Assembly (NCBI RefSeq): GCF_000341895.1
Contig: NC_020409.1
Location: 3,242,411-3,274,410 of the forward strand
DNA from: Pseudodesulfovibrio piezophilus C1TLV30
GTDB lineage: Bacteria > Desulfobacterota > Desulfovibrionia > Desulfovibrionales > Desulfovibrionaceae
Length of the DNA stretch: 32,000 nt
Direction: 5' to 3'
The notes below the pieces were generated by a model. It saw nothing but the letters and a program-made list of their open reading frames with translations, made no database searches and had not been told where the DNA came from. The position numbers and the translations under genes are program-made. Of this stretch, positions 1-9,279 are shown piece by piece (the stretch's first letter is position 1; every line of letters begins with the position of its first letter).

Positions 1-1083
1 TATGCTCCTCTTGATGAGAGTGGTTTGGCTCTCATGTTGATCGTTCCTAAGGAGGATGTTGTCAGGGAAGCTGAAGTCGCACGACAGTTCATAGGGGATC
101 AAGTCGCGCACCACGATACATCCATGGGGATTGTCGTCCTTGTTGTCGCGGGATTGGCCCTGATTTTCGCTTTGGTTCTTTCCCGGTTGTTTACGCGAAA
201 TATCCGTGAACTGGCTGATGCGGTGAGAAGTGTGGCCAAGGGGAATTTCTCGGTCCGTGCGCCGATTCGCTCCAAGGATGAAGTCGGTCAACTCAGCCAT
301 GCTTTCAACAAGATGGTCCCGGCTCTGAAGGAACGTGTTTCCATGAAAAATTCTCTGGAAATGGCTCAGGAGGTACAGCAAAGTCTTTTGCCTTCGGTGG
401 ATCCTGAATTGCCTTGGGTCGATGTTGCTGCCGCCAGCATGTATTGCGATGAAACCGGGGGCGATTATTACGGATTTGTGGAGCGCCGAACCGGTTCTCA
501 ACGGAGTTTGGTCGTCGCAGTTGGTGATGTGAGCGGGCACGGGGTTCAGGCCGCACTCATGATGGCGTCCGCCAGAGCATATCTTCGAGGGGAGCTCCTT
601 GGGGGAGCGTCGTTGGTCAGTGCCATGGAAACCGTCAATCGCCGAGTTTTCGAGGACGTGGATGGTTCCGGTCGGTTCATGACTCTTTTCCTCATGGAAC
701 TTTTCGAAGACGGCGCTGTGCAGTGGGTGCGGGCCGGGCATGATCCTGCGTTGGTCTATGACGTCGAGACCGGGGTTTTCGAGGAATTGGCAGGTTCCGG
801 TCTGCCTCTTGGCGTGATTGAGGATGCTGCATTTGAAGTGTGCTCCCGTGTGGATTTCAATACGGGTCAGATCGTGCTTATCGGGACTGACGGTATTTGG
901 GAGATGCGGTCGAAAGTCGGTGAAATGTTCGGTAAGGAGCGACTCAAACGGATTATTCGCGACAATGCCTCGGGGACATCCGGTCAACTCAATACGGCTT
1001 TGGAGCAGGCGTTGACCGAGTTCCGGGGGGAGTGTGTGCCAGTTGACGACATAACCGTCGCAACTCTCAAGCTCCTTCGATAA
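1..1083 (+). CDS. HAMP domain-containing PP2C/SpoIIE-family serine phosphatase (RsbU-like); 5' end probably outside the window
   Basis: Frame 1 is open from nt 1, with no stop before the listed ATG at 25. A TM helix (IVVLVVAGLALIFALVL) is followed by a HAMP-like segment (RNIRELADAVRSVAKGNF...DEVGQLSHAFNKM) and PP2C motifs VAVGDVSGHGVQAALMMA and IGTDGIWE. Confidence 0.8.
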   Translation, partial: YAPLDESGLALMLIVPKEDVVREAEVARQFIGDQVAHHDTSMGIVVLVVAGLALIFALVLSRLFTRNIRELADAVRSVAKGNFSVRAPIRSKDEVGQLSHAFNKMVPALKERVSMKNSLEMAQEVQQSLLPSVDPELPWVDVAAASMYCDETGGDYYGFVERRTGSQRSLVVAVGDVSGHGVQAALMMASARAYLRGELLGGASLVSAMETVNRRVFEDVDGSGRFMTLFLMELFEDGAVQWVRAGHDPALVYDVETGVFEELAGSGLPLGVIEDAAFEVCSRVDFNTGQIVLIGTDGIWEMRSKVGEMFGKERLKRIIRDNASGTSGQLNTALEQALTEFRGECVPVDDITVATLKLLR

Positions 1084-1335
1084 TTTGAAAGAATTATGTG
1101 GAGAGTCCTTTTTTCTCGATTTTTGCTTTTCCCTTTTGTGAATGAAATGAGCAGGATCAGAAAATACAGGATTGATGTGTTTGAAATTATTTTTCTTAAG
1201 AAGCCGAGAAGAAAGAATATTTTTCTCTCTTTGGTGTCAAATCTTGATTAAGTCGAATAGTATTGTGTGAGGGGTCATCTTTCCAATAGTTCTTTATTGT
1301 GTCTATTTGGGCATAATGAAATTATTGGAAGTGAA

Positions 1336-3000
1336 ATGAGTAACACCGTTATCGACCCCACGACTGTTGAAGTTTCGGAAGGAGAGTCCTTTTCCTTCTA
1401 TTCGTTCATGGAGCTTGCCACCTGGTTCCATAACTATCCTGCCCCTGGTTTGCTGCTGGGTGGCTTCATGGTTGAAGAGGCCAAACGGTATATTCCGGAT
1501 GGGGTTTTGTATGATGCCGTGTCCGAAACGACATGGTGTCTTCCCGATGCCATTCAGCTCCTGACGCCCTGTACATTGGGCAACGGCTGGTTACGGGTTC
1601 GCAATAACGCCGTATATGCTCTCTCTCTTTTTGATAAACACAGTGGTGAAGGAGTTCGGGTTCGCCTCGACCCTGAAAAACTTGACGCCTTTCCGCATAC
1701 CCTCTGTTGGTTGATGAAAACCAAGCCGAAGAATCAGCAGGATTCCGAAGCACTACGTCATGAGATTCGTGACCATTCTTTGGAGATGCTCTCGGTGGAG
1801 ACTATTACGGTCAAGCCGGAAGTGGTGATGAAACGCAGCAAGGGAGCCATTGTCATATGCCCTCTCTGTGGGGATGCCTATCCTGAATTTCATGGAGCCA
1901 TCTGTCGTGGGTGTAGTGGTGATTCTCCTTATATGAATGACCGCTCTACATGTGCTGTCGCTGACATTGGAAATTCCATTCCTTCGACTCCCCTGGAACT
2001 GAGTATCGGCAAGAAGATTGTCCATGACATGACTCGTATAGTTCCCGGTGAATCCAAGGATGTGGAATTCAGCCGAGGCCATGTGGTCACGGCTGGTGAT
2101 GTCTGCCGGCTTCAGCAGATGGGGCGGTTCAATTTGTATGTCGATCAGGAAGCGCCGCACGGGTTCATTCATGAGGATGACGCGGCTCGCGCCTTTTCTC
2201 AGGGAATGTGTGGTGAGGGCGTGGTTGTGGAATCCGAGCCTCGTGAAGGCAAGGTCAACCTGCTGGCTGAAAGAGATGGTATCATGGTGGTTGATGAACC
2301 CATGGTGCAGGCATTCAATTCTCTGCCCAATGTTATTGCAGCCTGTCGGCAAGGATACAGCCTGGTCCGCAAGGGGCGGCGTATCGCTGCCACACGGGCC
2401 ATTCCGCTTTTTCTGGAACAGGCCGCCTTTGGACGAGCCTTGGCCATTGTCAACAACAAGCCATTCTTTTCCGTTATGCCGTTGCGCAGTGCCCGGGTCG
2501 GTTTGTTGATAACCGGCAACGAAGTTTTCAAGGGATTGATCAAGGATCGTTTTGCTGATGTTATCGAAGCCAAAGTGACGAGCCTTGGCAGTACTGTCGT
2601 TGCCAGTCATATCCGGCCTGATGATTCGTCAGCCATTGCCGATGCGGCCCGGTCGTTGGAAGGAGCGGGGTGCGACCTGATTGTAACGACAGCCGGGTTG
2701 TCAGTGGATCCGGATGACGTGACCCGGCAGGGACTGATGGAAGCGGGGCTGACTGATGCGTTATACGGTTTCCCTGTTTTACCGGGAGCCATGACGCTGA
2801 TCGGTCGAATAGGTCAGGCCCGTGTCCTCGGTGTGCCAGCGTGTGCGCTCTTCCACAAGACAACCAGTCTTGATCTTCTTTTACCGAGATTGTTGGCAGA
2901 CCTGCCCATCACCAGGGCGGATGCGGCAAAGCTCGGAAATGGCGGGATGTGTATGGAATGCACGTCTTGCACGTTCCCCAAATGTCCATTCGGGAGGTAG
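1336..3000 (+). CDS. FmdE-family domain plus zinc ribbon, fused to a molybdopterin-binding (MoCF_biosynth/MoeA-like) domain
   Basis: The N-terminal ~200 aa are FmdE-like (PAPGLLLGGFMVEEA, then CPLCGDAYPEFHGAICRGCSG). The C-terminal ~330 aa carry molybdopterin-binding-fold motifs (VGLLITGNEV, DLIVTTAGLSVDPDDVT, PGAMTLIGRIG). ATG 1336 with GGAAG upstream is preferred over the track's GTG 1267. Confidence 0.7.
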   Translation: MSNTVIDPTTVEVSEGESFSFYSFMELATWFHNYPAPGLLLGGFMVEEAKRYIPDGVLYDAVSETTWCLPDAIQLLTPCTLGNGWLRVRNNAVYALSLFDKHSGEGVRVRLDPEKLDAFPHTLCWLMKTKPKNQQDSEALRHEIRDHSLEMLSVETITVKPEVVMKRSKGAIVICPLCGDAYPEFHGAICRGCSGDSPYMNDRSTCAVADIGNSIPSTPLELSIGKKIVHDMTRIVPGESKDVEFSRGHVVTAGDVCRLQQMGRFNLYVDQEAPHGFIHEDDAARAFSQGMCGEGVVVESEPREGKVNLLAERDGIMVVDEPMVQAFNSLPNVIAACRQGYSLVRKGRRIAATRAIPLFLEQAAFGRALAIVNNKPFFSVMPLRSARVGLLITGNEVFKGLIKDRFADVIEAKVTSLGSTVVASHIRPDDSSAIADAARSLEGAGCDLIVTTAGLSVDPDDVTRQGLMEAGLTDALYGFPVLPGAMTLIGRIGQARVLGVPACALFHKTTSLDLLLPRLLADLPITRADAAKLGNGGMCMECTSCTFPKCPFGR

Positions 3001-3004
3001 TCCC

Positions 3005-3397
3005 ATGCTCAAAGTCAAAGAACCTCCGGCGACAAGTATCGCCATGACCAACCCTACCATGCGGGTGCATCTCTGGCTTGAAAATGAAGAGGGGGTGCTT
3101 TTCGGATTAGGGCGACTGCAATTGCTCCGTCAGGTCGAGCAGTGTGGCTCCCTCAAGGCCGCAGCCGAATCTCTGGGGATGTCCTACCGGGGGGCTTGGG
3201 GGAAGATCAAAACAACAGAGGAGTTACTGGGGCAGAAATTGATCGAAAGAGCTGCCAGCAGGAGGAAGGGGTATCACTTGACTCCCTTTGGTCTGGGGAT
3301 CGCGGAAAGCTTCGACAAATGGTATCGGGAGGTTGAACGATTCGCTTTTGCCAAGAGCGAGGAATTCCTACCTTTTTCACTCAAAAAATATAAGTGA
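3005..3397 (+). CDS. Stand-alone ModE N-terminal-like winged-helix regulator (no Mop/TOBE domain)
   Basis: LRQVEQCGSLKAAAESLGMSYRGAWGKIKTTEELLGQKLIER...GYHLTPFG resembles the ModE/LysR-type HTH domain. GGGAGG lies 7 nt upstream of ATG 3005 and overlaps the stop of the upstream gene. The track ORF starting at 2822 overlaps the previous CDS and was trimmed. Confidence 0.7.
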   Translation: MLKVKEPPATSIAMTNPTMRVHLWLENEEGVLFGLGRLQLLRQVEQCGSLKAAAESLGMSYRGAWGKIKTTEELLGQKLIERAASRRKGYHLTPFGLGIAESFDKWYREVERFAFAKSEEFLPFSLKKYK

Positions 3398-3420
3398 TAC
3401 GAGTCGTGCGACTTCCAATG

Positions 3421-3434
3421 TGTTAAATTTAACA
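3421..3434. promoter_or_regulatory. Perfect 14-bp AT-rich palindrome TGTTAAATTTAACA; candidate operator upstream of fdhA
   Basis: The sequence is self-complementary and lies between the ModE-N-like gene and fdhA, ~110 nt upstream of the fdhA ATG. A second inverted repeat, CGGACA-N5-TGTCCG, lies at about 3475-3491. Confidence 0.35.
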
Positions 3435-3546
3435 TTTTGTAATAATTGTATTTTATGTCACTGTTTTACTAATTCGGACACCGTTTGTCCGATTTGTGAA
3501 ACTGCCGGGCACTTACTGCGCGGCATAGACCCAGGAGGACACTGGT

Positions 3547-6500
3547 ATGAAGCTCGACCGTCGTAGCTTTATGAAGCTCGCAGGTTCTGGAGCGGCGTGT
3601 CTCACCTTAGGGCAGCTCGGAGTGAATCTTTCACCGGTCAAGGCTTATGCAGCGGATATCAAGATATCCGGAGCAAAAGAAGTCGTGACTGTTTGTCCGT
3701 TCTGTTCGGTGAGTTGTCACGTCATTGGTCACGTGAAGGGGGGGGAACTCGTCAATACCGAGGGTGATCCCGATTTTCCGGTTAACGAAGGTGCCTTGTG
3801 TGCAAAGGGTGCGGCCATGTTTAGCATGACCACCAGTCACCACAGGCTTCAGAAACCGCTTTACCGCGCTCCCTATAGCGACAAGTGGGAAGAGAAGAGC
3901 TGGGAGTGGATGCTGGACCGTATGGCTCGGCGCATCAAGGACACTCGTGACAAGGATATTATCCTCAAAAACGAGAAAGGCGACACTGTCAACAGGCTCG
4001 AATCCATGTTCCTGCTGGGAACTTCCCACGCCGGGAACGAGGAATGTGCCATCATTCACCAAGCAATGCGAGGCCTGGGCGTCGTCCACATGGACCACCA
4101 GGCCAGGATCTGACACAGCGCAACTGTTGCGGCTCTGGGAGAGTCGTTCGGACGCGGTGCGATGACCAACCACTGGATTGACATCAAGAATGCCGATTCA
4201 GTCCTTATAATGGGCAGTAATGCTGCCGAACATCATCCGATCTCATTCAAATGGGTCTTGCGGGCCAAGGACAAGGGCGCCACTGTTATGCATGTGGACC
4301 CGAAGTTCTCTCGTACATCCGCACGGTCGGATTTCCATGTTCCCTTGCGGTCCGGTACGGATATCGCTTTCCTCGGGGGCATGATCAAGTACATTCTCGA
4401 AAATGAGAAATTCTTCCACGAATATGTTGTCGAATACACCAATGCCGCGCTCATCGTGGGCAAGGACTATGGTTTCAAGGACGGCCTTTTCACCGGTTAC
4501 GATGCAAAGACCCGTTCCTACGACAAAAGCAAGTGGGGCTTTGAGATGGACTCGAAGGGGGTACCCAAGAGAGACAAGAGTCTCAAACACCCCCGGTGCG
4601 TTTATCAACTGATGAAGGCTCACTATTCGCGCTACAATATCGAGGCGGTTTCAGCCACGACTGGTGTCTCTGCGGAAAACCTGATGAAGGTCTATGAGAA
4701 CTTCGCTGCAACCGGTGTCAAGGACAAGGCCGGGACCATCATGTACGCTCTCGGCTGGACTCAGCATACTGTGGGTGTGCAGAATATTCGCTCCGCCGCC
4801 ATTATTCAGCTTTTGCTGGGCAATATCGGTGTTGCCGGTGGCGGTATCAACGCCCTGCGTGGTGAGCCGAATGTTCAGGGGTCCACAGACCATACCCTGC
4901 TGTACCACATTATCCCCGGCTATATGGCCATGCCGCATAACGGGTGGCAGACCTACGACGAATACGTCAAGGCCAACACCCCGGTGAGCAATGATCCCAT
5001 GTCGGCGAACTGGTGGCAGCACAAGCCCAAGTACTTTGCCAGCCTGCTGAAGGCTTGGTACGGTGAAAAAGCCACCAGAGAAAACGGCTTCTGCTATGAA
5101 CTGCTTCCCAAGATTGAAAAGGGCGAGGATTATTCCTACATGTTCCTGTTCGATCGCATGTATAACAAGCAGATTCGTGGCGGATTCATTATCGGGCTGA
5201 ACCCGATGAACAGTGTCCCGAATACGAATAAGGTCAGAAAGGCCTTGGATAATCTGGACTGGCTGATTACCTCTGAACTGCATCATTCCGAAACTACGGA
5301 CAACTGGCAGCGCCCCGGCGTTGATCCCAAGAAGATCAAGACCGAGGTGTTCCTGTTACCTTCGGCTCACCGTCTGGAGAAGGAAGGGTCCACCACCAAC
5401 TCCGGTCGCTGGTTGCTTTGGCATAATCAGGCTACCAAGCCTGCATACGAGGCCAAGCCGTTTGGTGATCTGTTCTGTGGCGTCATGAACCATGTGAAGG
5501 CTTTGTATGCCAAGGAAGGGGGAACTCTTCCCGAAGCCGTGACCTGGCTTGATTACCCTGAAAAGTATGATCCCGAAGACCTGTGCGCCCGTATCAACGG
5601 TCGTTTCCTCGAAGACACGGAATTCAAGGGCAAGAAATACAAGAAAGGGCAGCAACTGCCGTCCTTTACTGCGCTCAAGGATGACGGCTCCACCATGAGT
5701 CTGAACTGGCTTTATGCCGGGAGTTATACCGAAGAGGGTGGCAACAAGGCCAAACGTCGTGAGACGACACAGACCGAAATGCAGAAGACTATCGGTTTGT
5801 ATCCGAAATGGTCATGGTGCTGGCCGGTCAATCGTCGTATTCTGTACAACCGTGCCTCTGTCGACTTTGACGGCAAGCCATACAATCCGGCCAAGGCCGT
5901 CATTGAATGGAAGGACGGCAAGTGGGTTGGTGATGTGCCTGATGGAGGCTGGCCACCGATTGCCACCGGTAAAGGTCGCTATCCGTTCATCATGTCCAAG
6001 AATGGTTTCGGGCAGATATTCGGTCCGGGACGTCAGGACGGACCGTTCTCCGAACATTACGAACCGGTGGAAACACCAGTTGATTCGAATATGTTCTCCA
6101 AGCAGCTCAGCAGTCCTGTTTACAAGTCCGTGAACAGTGATATGGACAAGCTTGCACAACCCAATAGTCCCGACTATCCCATTGTTCTGACGACTTATAG
6201 TCTGACAGAGCACTGGTGCGGCGGTGGTGAAACAAGAAACGTTCCCAACCTGCTGGAAACCGAGCCTCAACTCTATGTCGAGATGAGCCCGGAACTGGCT
6301 CAGGAAAAAGGTATCGTCAATGGTGATGGTGTGATCGTCGAGAGTATCCGCGGACGGGTCGAGGCCATAGCCATGGTCACGGTTCGCATGCGTCCTCTCA
6401 AGGTCCATGGTCGAATTGTTCACGAAATCGGCATGCCGTTCTGCTTCGGCTGGACAACGCCAGGGACGGGTGATGCCACCAACAGGCTGACGCCTTCGGT

Positions 6501-6588
6501 TGGTGATCCCAATACAACCATCCCTGAGTACAAGGCCTGCTGTGTGAATATTCGTAAGGCAGACAAGCTCACTGAGCTGGCAACCTAA
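3547..6588 (+). CDS. fdhA: Periplasmic formate dehydrogenase catalytic subunit, selenocysteine-containing (TGA at 4111-4113 read as Sec)
   Basis: Track ORFs 3547..4113 and 4162..6588 share one frame. Translating through the TGA gives VVHMDHQARI-U-HSATVAALGESFGRGAMTNHWIDIKNAD, the canonical FDH active-site context. A twin-arginine signal is present (MKLDRRSFMKLAGSGAA...AYA), as is the N-terminal Fe-S Cys motif (VCPFCSVSCH...C). AGGAGG RBS upstream. Confidence 0.93.
4111..4140 (+). promoter_or_regulatory. UGA(Sec) recoding site with candidate SECIS hairpin immediately downstream
   Basis: After the UGA comes CACAGCGCAACUGUUGCGGCUCUGGG. AGCGCAA (4117-4123) can pair with UUGCG(G)CU (4127-4134), with one bulged G. 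The fold was done by eye only. Confidence 0.5.
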
Positions 6589-6605
6589 CGAAAAAGGAGA
6601 CCGTC

Positions 6606-7343
6606 ATGACTAAGACGTTTTTGATAGATACCTCCCGTTGCACAGCGTGCCGCGGATGTCAGATAGCCTGCAAGGAATGGCACGAACTGCCAGCCAATAA
6701 AACCACCCAGTATCACTGGGGCAGTCATCAGAATCCGCCGGACCTGAATCCGTTCAACTATAAACTCGTCCGTTTCAGCGAGCACCTGGAAGATGGCGTG
6801 GTTCGGTGGAATTTCTTCCCCGAACAATGCCGCCACTGCGAGCTGGCTCCCTGCAAGGAGATGGGCGATCTGTATATTGAAGAGGCCATCACCCAGGACG
6901 AATCGACCGGGGCCGTCATCTTCACGGAAAAAACCAAGCAGTTCGACGATGAACAGTTTGAAGAAATTCGTGATGCATGTCCCTATAATGTCCCCAGACG
7001 TGATGAAAAAACCAAACTGATGGCCAAGTGCACCATGTGCAATGAAAGGCTTCAGCATGGTATGGTTCCGGCCTGTGTCAAGGTATGTCCGACCGGCACC
7101 ATGCAATTTGGTGAACGCGAGGATATGCTCAAACTGGCGGAAGAGCGCCTTGCCATAGTTAAGAAGAAATGGCCCAAGGCAATGTTGGCAGACCCGGATG
7201 ATGTCAATGTGATCTACCTGATCATCGATGACCCGGAGAACTACCATGAGTTCGTGGTCGCCGATGCCCGTCCGGTCGGTCCCATGTCAAAGAAGCAATT
7301 CCTGGCAACCCTGGCCAGACCCTTCAAAGCAATGAAGGCATAA
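6606..7343 (+). CDS. fdhB: Formate dehydrogenase iron-sulfur (4Fe-4S ferredoxin-type) beta subunit
   Basis: Multiple CxxCxxCxxxC(P) clusters are present (CTACRGCQIACKE, CRHCELAPC, CTMCNERL...CVKVCP). AAGGAG RBS; starts 17 nt after fdhA. Confidence 0.9.
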   Translation: MTKTFLIDTSRCTACRGCQIACKEWHELPANKTTQYHWGSHQNPPDLNPFNYKLVRFSEHLEDGVVRWNFFPEQCRHCELAPCKEMGDLYIEEAITQDESTGAVIFTEKTKQFDDEQFEEIRDACPYNVPRRDEKTKLMAKCTMCNERLQHGMVPACVKVCPTGTMQFGEREDMLKLAEERLAIVKKKWPKAMLADPDDVNVIYLIIDDPENYHEFVVADARPVGPMSKKQFLATLARPFKAMKA

Positions 7344-7416
7344 CACGATAAACGTCTCTCCCTCGGGGATCGGGCCGGAATGGTCGCGGTCCCCGCCGGA
7401 GGGATTGGAGCGCTTC

Positions 7417-8331
7417 ATGAAATCTGTATCTGCTCTCAAGGCTGTCGAATCGACATTGATGACCATCAACGGAAGAACTCCTGCATACGTGGAGTTGACT
7501 GAGCGTTTTGGTCCTGTGTTCATTTCCTCAGCCCGGCTGCGCGATGAATTGGTGGCGGAAGGCGTGGCCTCTCTAGAAATTGATCCTGTCCGGTTGGCGG
7601 CCGGGGTTCCGGTTCTCGTTGGTTCCGATTTTTCACAGTGGACTGATTTGTTGAGTTCCTCTGTCAAACGCCTTCTCCCCGAACTTCTTGAAGTGCTCGA
7701 ACTCGAAGACGATGCATGTGAAGCTCTTCGCGTCTTTTTCGATGATTCCGATACTCTCTTGGCGCTCGTTCAGGCTCGGACTGAAGGCGATTGGAAACAC
7801 TTTGAGAACACCTCCGTACAGTTGGAAACCGTATCAGCAACAACCTTGCTGTATATTTCAGAGATTGTTTTCTCTCCTGTCCTTTGTGCTATAGCCGAGA
7901 CTCTGGGCGAGCGCCTTGAATCCCATTCCTGGGAACATGGTCATTGCCCTGTTTGCGGCTCTTCTCCTTCCATCTCCCAGCTTTCGCCCAAGGAAATCAC
8001 CGATCTTGATCAATTGGTCGGTGGCGGAGGGAAAAAATATCTTCACTGTTCTCTTTGCGGTCATGACTGGCGCTACAAAAGGAATGCCTGTCCATCCTGC
8101 GGAAATGATGACAGTGAATCCCGTGAAGTTTTTTACGCGGATGACACCCGGTTTGAACGGGTGGAGGCGTGCCATAAATGCGGCACCTACTGTCTGAATG
8201 TTGATCTGCGTGAATGTGAACCTCTGCCGCATCTCGACGCCATTCAGATGGGGCTTATTCATCTCGATATCTATGCGCAAAAAAAGAAATTGACCCCTTT
8301 GGTTTCCACTCTGTGGAATTCCCTGGATTAG
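7417..8331 (+). CDS. fdhE: Formate dehydrogenase accessory protein FdhE
   Basis: Paired CxxC motifs are typical of FdhE (CPVCGSSP, CSLCGHDW, CPSCGN, CHKCGTYC). ATG 7417 (TGGAG 6 nt upstream) is preferred over the TTG at 7405 used in the track. Confidence 0.85.
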   Translation: MKSVSALKAVESTLMTINGRTPAYVELTERFGPVFISSARLRDELVAEGVASLEIDPVRLAAGVPVLVGSDFSQWTDLLSSSVKRLLPELLEVLELEDDACEALRVFFDDSDTLLALVQARTEGDWKHFENTSVQLETVSATTLLYISEIVFSPVLCAIAETLGERLESHSWEHGHCPVCGSSPSISQLSPKEITDLDQLVGGGGKKYLHCSLCGHDWRYKRNACPSCGNDDSESREVFYADDTRFERVEACHKCGTYCLNVDLRECEPLPHLDAIQMGLIHLDIYAQKKKLTPLVSTLWNSLD

Positions 8332-8334
8332 CTT

Positions 8335-9156
8335 ATGGAGACGGGAATGCAGACAACCCGGTTGCGGGATGCCGCGCGAAAAGCCGCGTCTCATGACGAG
8401 AAAACCCAGCCGCAGCCAGACGGAGTGCGGCTGGCCTGTCCCATGACCCTGCAATGTTACAAGGACGGCCAACTCTCATTCAGAGAGGATATGGTCGCTG
8501 TCGAGTCGGATATTCGGCTTCAAATCAATGGGCTGGATCATGCCGTGCTTACCAGAACTCCTGGTGATGATTTGACGCTTATTGCCGGATACCTCTTCTC
8601 CTGTTCCATGATCCGGGACGCCGAAGATCTTCTGGATGTCTCCTTTGGATATAGTGGCGCATCCAAGGCACGGGTCACTCTCAAGGCTCCGAGTGTGATC
8701 AGGCGGCTTTTCCCGTCACCTCGCCCTGTAGTCTTGGACCCGGAAAGGCTTTTTGATTTCAAGAAGACCTTTGAAAGGCGGCAGAATCTCTACAGGAATA
8801 CAGGGTCAACCCATGCGGCTGCCCTGTTCAGCATGGATGGAGAGTTGATCGCTTTCGGGGAGGATGTTGGGCGACACAATGCCTTTGACAAGGCTATTGG
8901 GCGCGCATTACTTGAGGGCTCGCTGGAGAGAGTTGGTATCGCGATGCTCTCCTCCCGGCTGGCCTTGGAGCTGACAATCAAAGCTTCCAATGCCAATATT
9001 CCTATTTTATGTGGGTTTTCTGCGGCGACCAGTTCGGGCATCAATTTTGCCGAGCGCAACAATATTACTTTGGTAGGGCGAATTCGCGAGGACTCTTTCA
9101 ATGTCTACGCCAATAGCTGGCGGCTCAAGGGCAGCAAAGGGCATCAGTCCGAATAA
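8335..9156 (+). CDS. fdhD: Formate dehydrogenase accessory sulfurtransferase FdhD
   Basis: Contains the FdhD signature GRHNAFDKAIG and the motif CGFSAATSSG. ATG 8347 is an alternative start with a better GGAG spacing. Confidence 0.85.
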   Translation: METGMQTTRLRDAARKAASHDEKTQPQPDGVRLACPMTLQCYKDGQLSFREDMVAVESDIRLQINGLDHAVLTRTPGDDLTLIAGYLFSCSMIRDAEDLLDVSFGYSGASKARVTLKAPSVIRRLFPSPRPVVLDPERLFDFKKTFERRQNLYRNTGSTHAAALFSMDGELIAFGEDVGRHNAFDKAIGRALLEGSLERVGIAMLSSRLALELTIKASNANIPILCGFSAATSSGINFAERNNITLVGRIREDSFNVYANSWRLKGSKGHQSE

Positions 9157-9206
9157 GACGAATTCCGGATGGAATATGATCGGCCTCGCAAGAGTGGGGT
9201 GGGTTC

Positions 9207-9245
9207 AGGAAGCACAACCATGGCGGTGGTGCTTCCTTTTTTATT
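9207..9245 (+). terminator. Rho-independent terminator after fdhD
   Basis: A 9-bp perfect stem, AGGAAGCAC (9207-9215) / GTGCTTCCT (9229-9237), is followed by TTTTTTATT. Confidence 0.75.
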
Positions 9246-9279
9246 GGTGTTTTTCTTCAGGGCGAGCAATGAAGACCGG

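Noticed and set aside
1753-2610. 285-aa minus-strand ORF
   Set aside because: It is entirely antisense to the FmdE-MoCF gene and has a low-complexity, Arg/Ser/His-rich translation, so it is a shadow ORF.
3507-3521. GGGCAC-TTACT-GCGC upstream of fdhA as a sigma-54 promoter
   Set aside because: The spacing is correct, but the -12 region lacks the T preceding GC. The predicted TSS would fall on the RBS, only ~14 nt before the ATG. It is too weak to call.
3547-4165. The apparent split of the formate dehydrogenase gene into a 188-aa and an 808-aa ORF, which suggests a pseudogene or frameshift
   Set aside because: Both parts share a frame. The single TGA sits in the canonical HQARI-U-HS active-site motif, so it is a selenocysteine codon.
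4651-6423. Minus-strand ORFs of 211 aa and 203 aa
   Set aside because: They are antisense shadows inside fdhA and show no motifs.
6585-7247. 220-aa minus-strand ORF
   Set aside because: It is antisense to fdhB, whose Fe-S cluster motifs clearly define the coding strand.
7858-8472. 204-aa minus-strand ORF
   Set aside because: It is antisense across the fdhE/fdhD junction. The plus-strand genes have clear family signatures.
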